Part shown: piece after piece, positions 10,838-20,754 of the stretch
Layout: each line of letters begins with the position of its first letter
Position numbering within the stretch: position 1 is the first letter of the stretch
Assembly (NCBI GenBank): GCA_963737065.1
Contig: CAVTRC010000001.1
Coordinates: 2,112,001-2,176,000 of the forward strand
Length of the DNA: 64,000 nt
Direction: 5' to 3'
Origin: Candidatus Eremiobacteria bacterium
GTDB taxonomy: Bacteria > Vulcanimicrobiota > Vulcanimicrobiia > Vulcanimicrobiales > Vulcanimicrobiaceae
Program-made: the position numbers and the translations under genes
Notes under the pieces: model-generated
What the model saw: only the letters and a program-made list of their open reading frames with translations
What the model was told of the DNA's origin: nothing
Databases searched by the model: none

Positions 10838-11495
10838 TGCGCTGCGCCGATCGATTTTGCGAAATAGCTGATGCCACCGAGGACGGACATTTGGACGTAA
10901 CTCAGCCGCTCTCACGGCAGTATTTGCACCTAACTCGGTGAAAATGAAAAAGGCCGAACTCTGCCCCGCGTTTTGATTGGTGCCCATCGACTACGCGATC
11001 GACGACTTGGCGTAGAGACTACGCGGAATGAGCGGTTCTTCGGGCGGCGGAAACGCCCCGGCACGAGATAATCAATCATCGTGACCGTCTCTTCTTCGAG
11101 GGTGACGGTCGCGCGAAGGTTGAGGTAGATGAACTTCGCGAGCGCATGGCGTGTTTCACTTTTTCGCGCCGTTTCTTTTCCGGTTCGATGACGTGAATTT
11201 CACCGCGCTGCAGTTGTTCGGCGAAGATGTATTTGCACGGGCGCACGTTGGACGCAACGCCTCCGGCACGCAACCGAGGCCGCTCCTCGGATGACAAACT
11301 GCGCAGTACGCGGAACGTAGATCGGTAGCCGTCCCTTTTGCGGGGCCGGCGCGTTACCCTATTGTCTTCGGGATGTCGGACGCCCCGGCGAATTAGCTGG
11401 GCTCCGGCTCGATGTTGTAATTTGTGAGAACAGCCACCGGTTCGACCGATAGCTATCTCCAAAATTGCCAACCCAGGAAGGCTGACCGCTTCGTC

Positions 11496-12486
11496 GTGGC
11501 AATCAAAAAGTGCGGATCCCTACTCTTCGCTGTGGGCCAGTTGCGATGAACTTCGCGGCGGCATGGACGCGAGTCAGTACAAGGATTACGTCGCTCGTTC
11601 TGCTTTTCATTAAGTATGTCAGCGAAAAGTACGCGGGCAAGAAGTACCCGGTAGATTAGGTCCGGCGGGCGTCATTATTCAACGACATGTGACCCTCAAG
11701 GGCCAACCTGACATCGGCGACCAAATCAATAAGAAAATCATCACGCCGCTCGCCGCAGCCAATGGTCTGGCGAATATGCCGGACTTCAACGACGAGTTGA
11801 AGTTGGGCAGCGGCAAAGACAAGATCGATCGTCTCACCAACCTTATCGCGATTTTCCAAAGCCCCGCCCTCGACTTTTCGAGCAACCGCGCCGACGGCGA
11901 CGACCTCCTGGGCGATGCCTACGAGTACCTCATGCGGCATTTCGCGACTGAGAGCGGCAAGAGCAAAGGCCAGTTCTACACGCCGTCGGAGGTCAGCCAG
12001 ATCATGGCTAAACTCGTCGGCATCCGCCAAGCGAACACGAACGCGCAAACCACGATTTATGACCCGACGTGTGGTTCGGGTTCTTTGCTCCTGAAGATCG
12101 CCGACGAAGCCAAGAGCGACGTCAGCATCTACGGTCAAGAGAAGGATGCAGCAACGAGCGGCCTCGCTCGCATGAACATGATTTTGCACCGGCAGCCGAC
12201 GGCTGAAATCGTGCAGGGCAACACGCTTGCGAAGCCGAGTTCAAAGACGGCGAGCGCCTCAAGACTTTTGACTCGTCGTTGCCAATCCGCCTCTTCCGAC
12301 ACGCGCTAGAGCAACGGCGTCGATACGCAGAATGACCCCTACGAACGCTTTTCAACTTTCGGTGTTCCGCCGGATAAGCAAGGTGATTTCGCCTACCTCC
12401 TCCACATCGTCGCGTCACTGAAGAGTACCGGGACCGGGGCGTGCATTTTGCCGCACGGCGTATTGTTTCGCGGCAACTCGGAAGCG
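11496..12486 (+). pseudogene. hsdM: Truncated, multiply frameshifted type I restriction-modification methyltransferase subunit
   Basis: LWASCDELRGGMDASQYKDY, LGDAYEYLM, GQFYTP, IYDPTCGSGSLL and PHGVLFRG are spread over several frames. Similarity stops after PHGVLFRGNSEA; no hsdS or hsdR follows. Confidence 0.88.
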
Positions 12487-12890
12487 TGCGATCGGCAACG
12501 ACATGACGCGCAGCGCCTATGCCGGCCTTGGCGACGTCTTCGACTCTTGCGGGTGGACCCGCACGGATTCAGGCGCGCTACGCGCGGGATGGGGCGAGCT
12601 AAGCGTTCGGCATCAATCGTTTGCACGAGACGGCGCAACGACCAGCATAATTGGGGTTCCGCATTTCAGTCACTTCGAGACGCGCGATCCGGCAACAATC
12701 AAGTGGATTGCCGACCAACTTCCCTTAAGGCGCTGAGTTAGGCCCAAATATCGCATTTCAAAGTGAGTTAGGCCAAAATACCGTGAGAAAACGAGTCAAC
12801 GCCGTTCTAGGACCGCAAGTAAAATCGTGAACTGCACTTAGAGCCGCTTCGAGCCGATTTCGCGAATACAAATCAGTCAGAATTAAGACG

Positions 12891-12933
12891 GAAAGGGTCG
12901 AGATTCTTCTGTGGCCCTTTCTTTTATTTTTTT
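12891..12933 (+). terminator. Rho-independent terminator
   Basis: GAAAGGGTC/GGCCCTTTC stem followed by TTTTATTTTTTT. Confidence 0.6.
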
Positions 12934-13437
12934 GACTCGTGCCGGTTAACGCTATCAAGTCCCATCTGCCAATCGATTCACTGCTCTTTCGGCCGGCGTC
13001 GCGGTGGATCGATACCTCGCAACCATACGACACTCAAGCAACAGCCCGGCGAAATCTCCATCAAGCCACGCGCAATCCAGATCGATCGAACGTGAGTCGA
13101 GCGCCATTGCGGCAGTACGGAGGTCAACCGACGCAAACGAGATGCGGCCTCTACGATTGCTGAGGTCGCAACCATTTGCGTCCCTCAGGGTTCATGCGCT
13201 TTGCGTCAGGCACGACTTCGTGCGACGCTGCGGCCCTCTACAGCGCCATGTTCCGAATGGCCGATAAGTCGTGCGACCACAGATCGGTCGACCGCTATCA
13301 AGCGGGCGCAAAGCACCCGCGATGAAATCGTTCCGGCCTATTAGCGAAGGCATCACAGTGTTTCGACGTTTATGCGTTCCAAGTACTGGCGAGTCCGATG
13401 ACCACAAAAAGAACAGAGAGAGTTAGGAGACTCGTTC

Positions 13438-13753
13438 ATGTACAGAGATGAAAATTTAAATTGCGTCGATTGCGGACGCTCGTTCCCGTTCACGGTAAGC
13501 GAACAGGAATTTTTCGCGAGCAAGGGATTCACGAATAAACCAAGCCGCTGCGGCGATTGTCGCGCCGCACGTAAAGCATCGGGAGACGGGCGCAGCGGCG
13601 GCAACCGGGGCGGCGGTTACAGCGGGCAGCGCGAAATGTTCAAAGCGACGTGCAGCTCAGTGCGGCGGCGTAGCAGAGGTTCCGTTTCAACCGCGCGGTG
13701 ATAAGCCTGTGTACTGTCGCGACTGCTTTTCGGCTCGTCCGAGCTACCGCTAA
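13438..13753 (+). CDS. Zinc-ribbon (zf-trcl) plus CxxC-x17-CxxC domain protein, one frameshift near 13657
   Basis: CVDCGRSFPFTVSEQEFFASKGFTNKPSRCGDCR; the second frame gives CGGVAEVPFQPRGDKPVYCRDCF. AGGAG RBS. Confidence 0.88.
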
Positions 13754-13756
13754 CCG

Positions 13757-14599
13757 GTGAACGGTAGAACTCGCGCTTGGATCAACCGCGTTGGTCTGAG
13801 CGCGATCCATATTGGTGCGCTCGCTGCGTTTCTACCGGCCATGTTCCATTGGACCGCAATTCTGGCTGCCGCGAGTGTTGATGTACTTCACCGGTGGCGC
13901 TTGGCATTACGTTGTGCTACCATCGCGCGTTAACGCACCGTGGATTGCGCCTGCGGAAGTCGTTGGAATACGTTCTGGCGATTTTCGGTGCACTGGCGTT
14001 GCAAGGCGATCCAATTCGTTGGGTCGCGACGCATCGCAAGCATCATGCGCATTCGGATGAACAGGGTGATCCGCACGGACGTAACGTCGGCTTTCGTTGG
14101 GCGCACATGCGCTGGCTCTACAAGCAGAACGATGCGATGCCGACGGAAGAAGAATTGCAGAGGTTCGCGCCGGACCTTTACGCACAGCCCTTTTATCGAG
14201 CGTTGCGATACGTTCACGGACCCGTTGCAGTTGGCACTTGCTGTCCTGCTGTTCGCATTCGGTGGATGGTCATGGGTTATCTGGGGCGTTTTCGTTCGAT
14301 TGGTCGTGAGCTATCATGCGACATGGCTGGTCAACAGCGCGGCACACTCATCGGGCTATCGCACGTATCGGACGCAGGATTTGTCGACCAACTGCTGGTG
14401 GGTCGCGCTCATCTCATGGGGTGAGGGATGGCACAACAATCACCACGCGTTTCCCTATTCGGCGCGCCACGGGCTTCGCTGGTTTGAGATCGATCCCACG
14501 TGGTGGAGCGTCAAAATTTTAGCGCTGCTGCGGCTTGCGGACCGCATAAAGCTTCCCCCTGCGAAGCCTTTTCAGCAACGCACCAGCGCTAGGCTATAG
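13757..14599 (+). CDS. Delta-9-type membrane fatty acid desaturase (frameshifted)
   Basis: His boxes YHRALTH, HRKHH and GEGWHNNHH, plus WLVNSAAH, in different frames. Confidence 0.88.
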
Positions 14600-14614
14600 C
14601 TCGGCGGGCAAGTA

Positions 14615-16207
14615 ATGCGCGTGCTCGTTACTGGAGCGACGGGGTACATCGGCGGCCGGCTTGTCCCGCGCTTGCGTAAGCGCGGTTATGAGGTGCGTTG
14701 CTTTGCGCGCGCCGCGGAACGTTTGCGCGGTCGCTTTGATGACGGTGTCGAAATTGTTGAAGGCGACGTCAAAGATGAAGCATCGCTTGTCCGCGCTCTG
14801 CGCGGATGCGACGCCGCGTATTACCTGATCCACTCGATGGGCTCTACAAATGCGTTTGCCGCCGCCGATCGGGAAGCGGCACGCCGCTTCGCCGAGGCCG
14901 CACGCGCCGCAGGAGTTGCTACGATCATCTATCTTGGCAGGCCTCGGCAATGATCGTGATGCGCTCTCAACGCATCTCCGAAGCCGTCACGAAGTCGGCG
15001 ACGTGTTGCGTGCAAGTGGTGTTCGAGTCATCGAGTTTCGTGCCGCGCTCATCATCGGCAGCGGTTCGATCAGCTTCGAGATGATGCGTTATCTTACCGA
15101 ACGGCTTCCGGTGATGATTGCACCTAAATGGGTCGCTACTTGCTGCCAGCCGATCGGGATCAACGACGTACTCGCATACCTCATCGCCTCGCTCGAACTC
15201 GAGCGCGCACGAGAATCGAATCTACGAAATCGGCGGAAGCGATGTGCTGACCTATCGCGATATGATGCTGCGCTATGCCGCAATTCGGATCTGAAGCGCG
15301 AATCATCATCGTTCCATTTTTTACGCCGCAACTTTCGTCGTACTGGGTGCATCTCGTTACGCCGATTTCGGCCCGGCTTGCCCAACCGCTGATCCGCGGC
15401 TTGTACAAGAAGTCGTCGTGCATGATTCTGCGGCCGCTTCCAGATTTTCCGCAGATCGTCCCGAGTGGATTTGACGACGCCGTGAAAAAGGCGTTGGAAC
15501 GCGGGACGGGCGCCGAGACGGCCTGGTTCGATGCATTCGATCTCCACGCGCTCCCGACCGATTTTGCCGGCGTCAAAGAAGGAATGCTGATCGACATGCG
15601 CGTCCGGAACGCAGCTGCTTCAGCTGACCGTGTTGCGGCGGTATTTAGCTCGCTTGGCGGTCGCCGCGGATGGCTTTCTGCGGATGCATTGTGGCGTTTT
15701 CGCGGATGGCTTGACCGCATGGCGGGCGGCGTTGGATTGCATCGTGGCCGGCGCTCGCCAATCGAACTGCGTGCCGGCGATGCGCTTGACTTCTGGCGAG
15801 TCGAAGCATATCAGCCGGGGCGGTTGCTGCGATTACGTGCCGAGATGAAGTTGCCGGGCCGCGCGTGGTTACAGTTTGAAGCTGAACCGCGCGGAAGTGC
15901 GGCTGCAACGCTTCGTCAAACGGCGTTCTTCGAGCCGCGCGGACTTGTCGGTTTTCTCTATTGGTACGGTGTCGCGCTCTTTCACCAATGGGTGTTCGGA
16001 AGGATGGCGACGTGCATCGCACGCGAGGCGGAAAAGACTGCACGAGACGCAGCCGGCCCTGCGCCGCCTACGGGATTCGTATCGACGCTTCAGCCGAAAA
16101 GCGAAACGCTTGCAAGAAGCGCAATCGGTTGTTGTATTCCTCTAGCCTGGTCCTTTGGCTTATCACTCGGTACTGTATTAAATATGATGCAGCGTCTGAG
16201 GACGTAA
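14615..16207 (+). CDS. NAD(P)-dependent SDR with C-terminal DUF2867 (YbjT-like), several frameshifts
   Basis: VTGATGYIGG, YYLIHSMG, IIGSGSISFEM, DFWRVE and AEMKLPGRAWLQF across three ORFs. True end uncertain. Confidence 0.85.
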
Positions 16208-16519
16208 GTCTCCGAACCCAGTCGTTCGGATCGCGCTTGTTTACGCGCGTGGCGGTCGTTGCTGCGACTCACTTGTTCGTCGCATACGAAACATCGTGGG
16301 GCGAGTCGCTTGTTTGGAACATGACGCGCTGAAGTTCTAGTGCAGCATGTATCGGCAGCCGTCGGGCTTAGATATGGCGAGACCGCGCTCCCGAACTTCA
16401 TCGTCTATGTGCTGATTCCGGGAAGCCTTCTGCTCTTCGCGCTCGGAGCAAAACCGATAGAATGAGGCCTTACGGCGTGGCGAAGGGGCAGTTGGTACGC
16501 TCTATTAGGCGCATCTGTT

Positions 16520-16900
16520 TTGCCGGCGATTTTCATCGGCATTTGGTTCGCGAAAGGCCACGGGACGATCGGCCTTCTCGTCTTTATGCTTGTACGGAAT
16601 TTCTTGAGCAATGGCTTCAGCGAAGAGTTCTTGACACGTGGCATGGCAATGAGCCACCTAAGAGCCTTTTTTACGAAGGATTGGAGCGTTGTGCTTCAGG
16701 CCTTCCTATTCGGGTTTTTGCATTTAGGAGGGACCATCACTGAGAAGCATGGGAATTTGATTTTGGCCTTTGCCAACGTGATCGCGCTAAATTTGCCTAC
16801 CGGATTCTTTTTGGGCCTCATCGCGCTTCGAGCACGTAGCATTGTTCTGCCCGGCCTAATCCACATGACGTTGGACACGCTAAAAGACGTGGTTATATAG
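16520..16900 (+). CDS. CPBP/CAAX (Abi) intramembrane metalloprotease, C-terminal part; 5' part frameshifted
   Basis: EEFLTRG, FGFLH and a distal His motif. Hydrophobic broken frames extend upstream to about 16200. Confidence 0.75.
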   Translation: MPAIFIGIWFAKGHGTIGLLVFMLVRNFLSNGFSEEFLTRGMAMSHLRAFFTKDWSVVLQAFLFGFLHLGGTITEKHGNLILAFANVIALNLPTGFFLGLIALRARSIVLPGLIHMTLDTLKDVVI

Positions 16901-17489
16901 CCGCTATATCGCCCTTCGCCCAGCTGCGTCGAAGGCCGTTGCTTTGCTTAAAGTCCCATGACACCGAAGCGCATACAAGATATCGAGCTATACTGAAGAC
17001 GAACCCACCGGCAATCTCGCCAAGTCTATTGGCCTGCGAACGATGGAGGCCCTCATACAATTCACCGAAACTGCCAGCAGCGCGTTAAAGTCCAAACTGC
17101 ATGCTAGAGTCGGCACGTTGTTGGCTGTCACTCGACCGGCGCAGACTAAGCGCGTACCTCGCGATCGCTATCACCGAGGGCACGCGACGCGATAACGCGA
17201 GGAGGGAAAACACGCATTATGCCGGGACCCTCAACAGGTCAGGTCTCAACTCCCTTCGCTATTAAGAAGCAATGCAATGGAAAGAAGCCGCCGAAACCGC
17301 ATGAGAATCAACGCCTCTAACGACGAACGGCGACGGCGCTCATTGATCATGGCGCTGCAACGCAGTAGAGCGACTGGACTCTTCTGCGTGCGAGATTCGA
17401 AGCAACAGCGAACCTTGGACCGACCAACGCCCCCAGTCCGTGGCCGAGGCGATCGCCCTGTCGGACGAAATCGAAGCCTCCATCCGTGA

Positions 17490-18221
17490 ATGGAACACCG
17501 ATCCTTGAAGGCCCACGACGTCGTGCGCCGACTCGCCGCGCAACGCCGGGTCATCGTCCTCGGCGGCATTGCCGTCGTGCTGCACGGCCTTCATCGGACG
17601 ACGAAGGACGTCGATCTCTGGATCGATCCGCTCGAGGACGAGCAGCATTGGGCCGCTTTTTTGCGCGAATTCTTAGAATCCGAGGCGCTCACCGCGGCGC
17701 GTGTCGGCAACGAACTCGGTGAGTTCATCGACATCCCGATGAGCGAGATCGCTTCGGCTGTGGCCGACGACAGGTTCGTGCGCGTCGTCGGCGCAGACCG
17801 TCCGATCGACGCGTTCCGCGTTCCGAACTACATGAACGTCGAAGAGTTCGATGACGTCTGGAACCGCTCCGGACCGCTGAAAGACGGCACCCGGTTGATG
17901 GACGAAATCGATCTTATCGTCACCAAAATGGGGACTGGACGCCCCCATGACGCGGCTGACATGCGGTTTCTGCAGACGAAGGTCGAGTCCGCGTATCGTG
18001 AACGGCTGCGCACGTGTTCGGCCGGTGAAGCGGCCGAACTGTTCGAGCGCTTTGCGACACCCGACCTCGCGTTGTTCGCGGCGACGCAAGAGGAAAATCA
18101 GTCCATCCGTTCTTTCGGGCTGGCGGCTCTGCGAGCTTTAAGCGACAACGGCGATCTGTACGCACGACAACTCTTCGAAGAACTCAATAGAAGCGGAAGC
18201 ACCGAACCGAACGGGCGCTAA
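17490..18221 (+). CDS. Pol-beta-superfamily nucleotidyltransferase (DUF6036/AbiEii-like)
   Basis: LGGIAVVLHGLHRTTKDVDLWI and distal KMGTGRPHDAAD. Confidence 0.8.
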   Translation: MEHRSLKAHDVVRRLAAQRRVIVLGGIAVVLHGLHRTTKDVDLWIDPLEDEQHWAAFLREFLESEALTAARVGNELGEFIDIPMSEIASAVADDRFVRVVGADRPIDAFRVPNYMNVEEFDDVWNRSGPLKDGTRLMDEIDLIVTKMGTGRPHDAADMRFLQTKVESAYRERLRTCSAGEAAELFERFATPDLALFAATQEENQSIRSFGLAALRALSDNGDLYARQLFEELNRSGSTEPNGR

Positions 18222-18541
18222 AGCCGTGAACGAGCGCGGCTTGCTAGGATTGCGCTATCTTGTGTTTGCGAACGCCAAGCTGGGATCTTCATGGCGGTGC
18301 TTGGTATCATGACGAATCAGGAGAAGAACGTGACTGATGAATTCTACTCAACGCTGGACTCATGCAGCGTTTGCCGCGCCGGCGCGAGCGACGTCGGTAG
18401 GCTCACGCCTTCTGACGCTCCTGACGGCGCGAATCGCCGAAATACTGCAACACGGACCCCTTGAGCTGATTCGGACACAACGGTTCGGGGAGGGAAAGAG
18501 CAGGCGGGTAGCCTAACGGTCACGACAATATTTCGGAGGTT

Positions 18542-20668
18542 GTGATGAAATTTCGTCTCGTCGCGTGCTTTTGCGTTCTAGCGTTTGCTGTTGCTGTATT
18601 ACCCATGGGCGCGCGCGCATTCGGCGTGGCAGACGTTTTGGCGGCACCGTTTCCGGATGCTCTTGTTGGCTCGTTCGATGGCACGGTGCTTGTATGGAAA
18701 GTCGACGCGAGCGGGATCCGGAATCTATATACAAACGCGGGAGGCAAGGTTCACGTACTTACGCATTTCGAGCAAGACGACGGTCAAGACGTCTTCGCTC
18801 CGGCCGTGACTGCGGGGAACGATGCGGTAATCTTTTTTCGTGGAAACGCGGGGGACGAAGGCACCGCTGATAACGCGAACCCGCTCTCGCTGCTTCCGCC
18901 GCCGCAACGCACGCTCTATGTCGTGCCGATCGCCGGTGGAGAACCAGTGAAGCTGGCTGAAGGCAGCAACGCCGCGTTTCTCTCACCGAAACGCAACGCG
19001 GTAGCGTTCACGACCTCCGAGGGGCAGCTCGGCGTTGTCACGTTTTCGAAGGACACAAGCGGCGCGTTCACGGCAGGTAAACCGGATATGCTCGCGATTC
19101 GCGGAACGGTCGGCGACGTCGCATGGTCGCCTGACGGCGCGAAGATCGCCTTCACGAATTCGCGCGGCGATCACTCGTTCGTCGTCATCTATACGCCGGA
19201 AAAAAAATCGTACATCTACGCGACGCCCGCCTTTACAAACGACTCCGTGCCGGCATGGTCGCCGGACGGTTCGCGTGTCGCCTTCGTGCGCTCGCCCGGA
19301 ACCAAAATAGGCGAGACGGTGTACGACAGCGCAAGTTTCAGCGGGGGCGGTAACGCGCCGTTTCCATGGTCAATCTGGGTGGCGAACGCAAATAGCGGCA
19401 GCGCACATCACGTCTGGAGTGCACACAAAGGCACCGGCGAGGAATTCTATCCGACGATGAGCGCGGCGCAGCTCTGGTGGCTCAAAGGCGATGAAATTGC
19501 GTTTCCATGGGAAGGCGACGGTTGGAATCACATCTACGCTGTATCCGCGAATGGCGGCGCGGCCAAGCGTCTGACGACCGGCGGTTACGAAGTTGAGACC
19601 GTTGCGTCGTCGCTCGACGGCACGAAACTGTTGCTCGCTTCGAACGAAGGCAATCTCGACGTGCGCCACATCTGGAGCGTTGGGCGCGACGGAACACCGA
19701 CGCAATTAACGCGCGGACCGAACAACCAGTGGTATCCGACGCCGCTCGCGCACGGAGGACTGGCATACATCGACGCTGGTTACGCGAATCCGCCGCAAGT
19801 GATGATCGCCGGCAATCCGGAGAAGACACTGATTGCGGTCGCAACACCGCCAAACTATCCAGCGACGCAAATGGTAAAGCCGCAGCTTATCACGTATACG
19901 ACGCCGGACGGCTACACGATCCACGCGCAGTATTTCTTGCCGCGGCACGTCAGTGGCAAGGTGCCCGCGATCGTCTTCGATCACGGTGGTCCGCCGCGTC
20001 AGATGCTCGGTGGCTTTCACTACATGGAGCCGTACACGCATCTCTACGAGATGAACCAGTATCTCGCGAGTAAAGGCTTCGCGGTACTGTCGATCAACTA
20101 TCGACTCGGGATCATGTACGGTTACAAGTTCCGCAATCCGCCGAACGCCGCGTGGCACGGGGGCTCCGAGTACAACGACGTTCTCGCAGGCGCGAAGTGG
20201 CTCCAGAAACAGCCGAACGTCGACGCGAATCGGATCGGGATCTACGGCCTCTCGTACGGCGGTCTGCTGACGGCTCTGGCGCTTGCAAAAAATTCCGACA
20301 TCTTCAAAGTCGGTGCCGATTTTGCCGGCGTACACGATTGGCCGACGGACTTCGATCACGACTACGGCAAGCCCGTCGGTACGCCGAAACAACGTCACAT
20401 CGCAACGATGTCGACGGCCGAAGGATATTTGAAAAGTTGGAAGTCGCCCGTGTTCATCGAGCAGGGTGACGACGATCGCAACGTCCCATTTTCGCAGAGC
20501 GTCGATCTGGCGACGAAGTTGCAGGCGCAAGGCGTCACCGTAGAGACGCAAGTGTTCCCAAACGAAACGCACGAGAACTCAGTGTGGGCACACCTCGTCG
20601 AACAGTACCGCGCGACGGAAGCCTTTCTCTCAAAGTATCTGCATCCCATCGAGCCGGCATCTCACTAA
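18542..20668 (+). CDS. Secreted S9 family peptidase (DPP-IV-like propeller plus hydrolase)
   Basis: Signal peptide, WSPDG repeats, HGGP, GLSYGG nucleophile, DDRNV and ETH. Confidence 0.92.
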   Translation: MMKFRLVACFCVLAFAVAVLPMGARAFGVADVLAAPFPDALVGSFDGTVLVWKVDASGIRNLYTNAGGKVHVLTHFEQDDGQDVFAPAVTAGNDAVIFFRGNAGDEGTADNANPLSLLPPPQRTLYVVPIAGGEPVKLAEGSNAAFLSPKRNAVAFTTSEGQLGVVTFSKDTSGAFTAGKPDMLAIRGTVGDVAWSPDGAKIAFTNSRGDHSFVVIYTPEKKSYIYATPAFTNDSVPAWSPDGSRVAFVRSPGTKIGETVYDSASFSGGGNAPFPWSIWVANANSGSAHHVWSAHKGTGEEFYPTMSAAQLWWLKGDEIAFPWEGDGWNHIYAVSANGGAAKRLTTGGYEVETVASSLDGTKLLLASNEGNLDVRHIWSVGRDGTPTQLTRGPNNQWYPTPLAHGGLAYIDAGYANPPQVMIAGNPEKTLIAVATPPNYPATQMVKPQLITYTTPDGYTIHAQYFLPRHVSGKVPAIVFDHGGPPRQMLGGFHYMEPYTHLYEMNQYLASKGFAVLSINYRLGIMYGYKFRNPPNAAWHGGSEYNDVLAGAKWLQKQPNVDANRIGIYGLSYGGLLTALALAKNSDIFKVGADFAGVHDWPTDFDHDYGKPVGTPKQRHIATMSTAEGYLKSWKSPVFIEQGDDDRNVPFSQSVDLATKLQAQGVTVETQVFPNETHENSVWAHLVEQYRATEAFLSKYLHPIEPASH

Positions 20669-20754
20669 CCGAGAAAACGAGTTGCGCCAAGAGCCGTGCT
20701 TTCGTTGACGGACGCGATTGCGACATAGTGAGAGCATTTTTCGGAGGTTGAACC

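Larger units (their letters stand above)
10718..12800. mobile_element. Decayed mobile-element or island remnant bounded by inverted arrays of CCTAACTC motifs
   Basis: CTAACTC-like motifs at 10726, 10897, 10929 and 10954; inverted GAGTTAGG at 12735 and 12765, degenerate at 12793. Encloses a broken hsdM. No recombinase gene seen. Confidence 0.4.

Noticed and set aside
12734..12800. Mini CRISPR array
   Set aside because: Only two 17-bp copies with a 13-bp gap; too short, and no cas genes.
13130..13210. c-di-GMP-I riboswitch suggested by GGGACGCAAA on the minus strand
   Set aside because: It lacks the GGCAAAC..GAAA tetraloop/receptor arrangement and has no downstream gene on that strand.
16900..17270. 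Possible ncRNA or gene remnant in the gaps 16900-17270, 18222-18540 and 39510-39835
   Set aside because: No convincing structure, repeat or homologous frame could be seen by eye.
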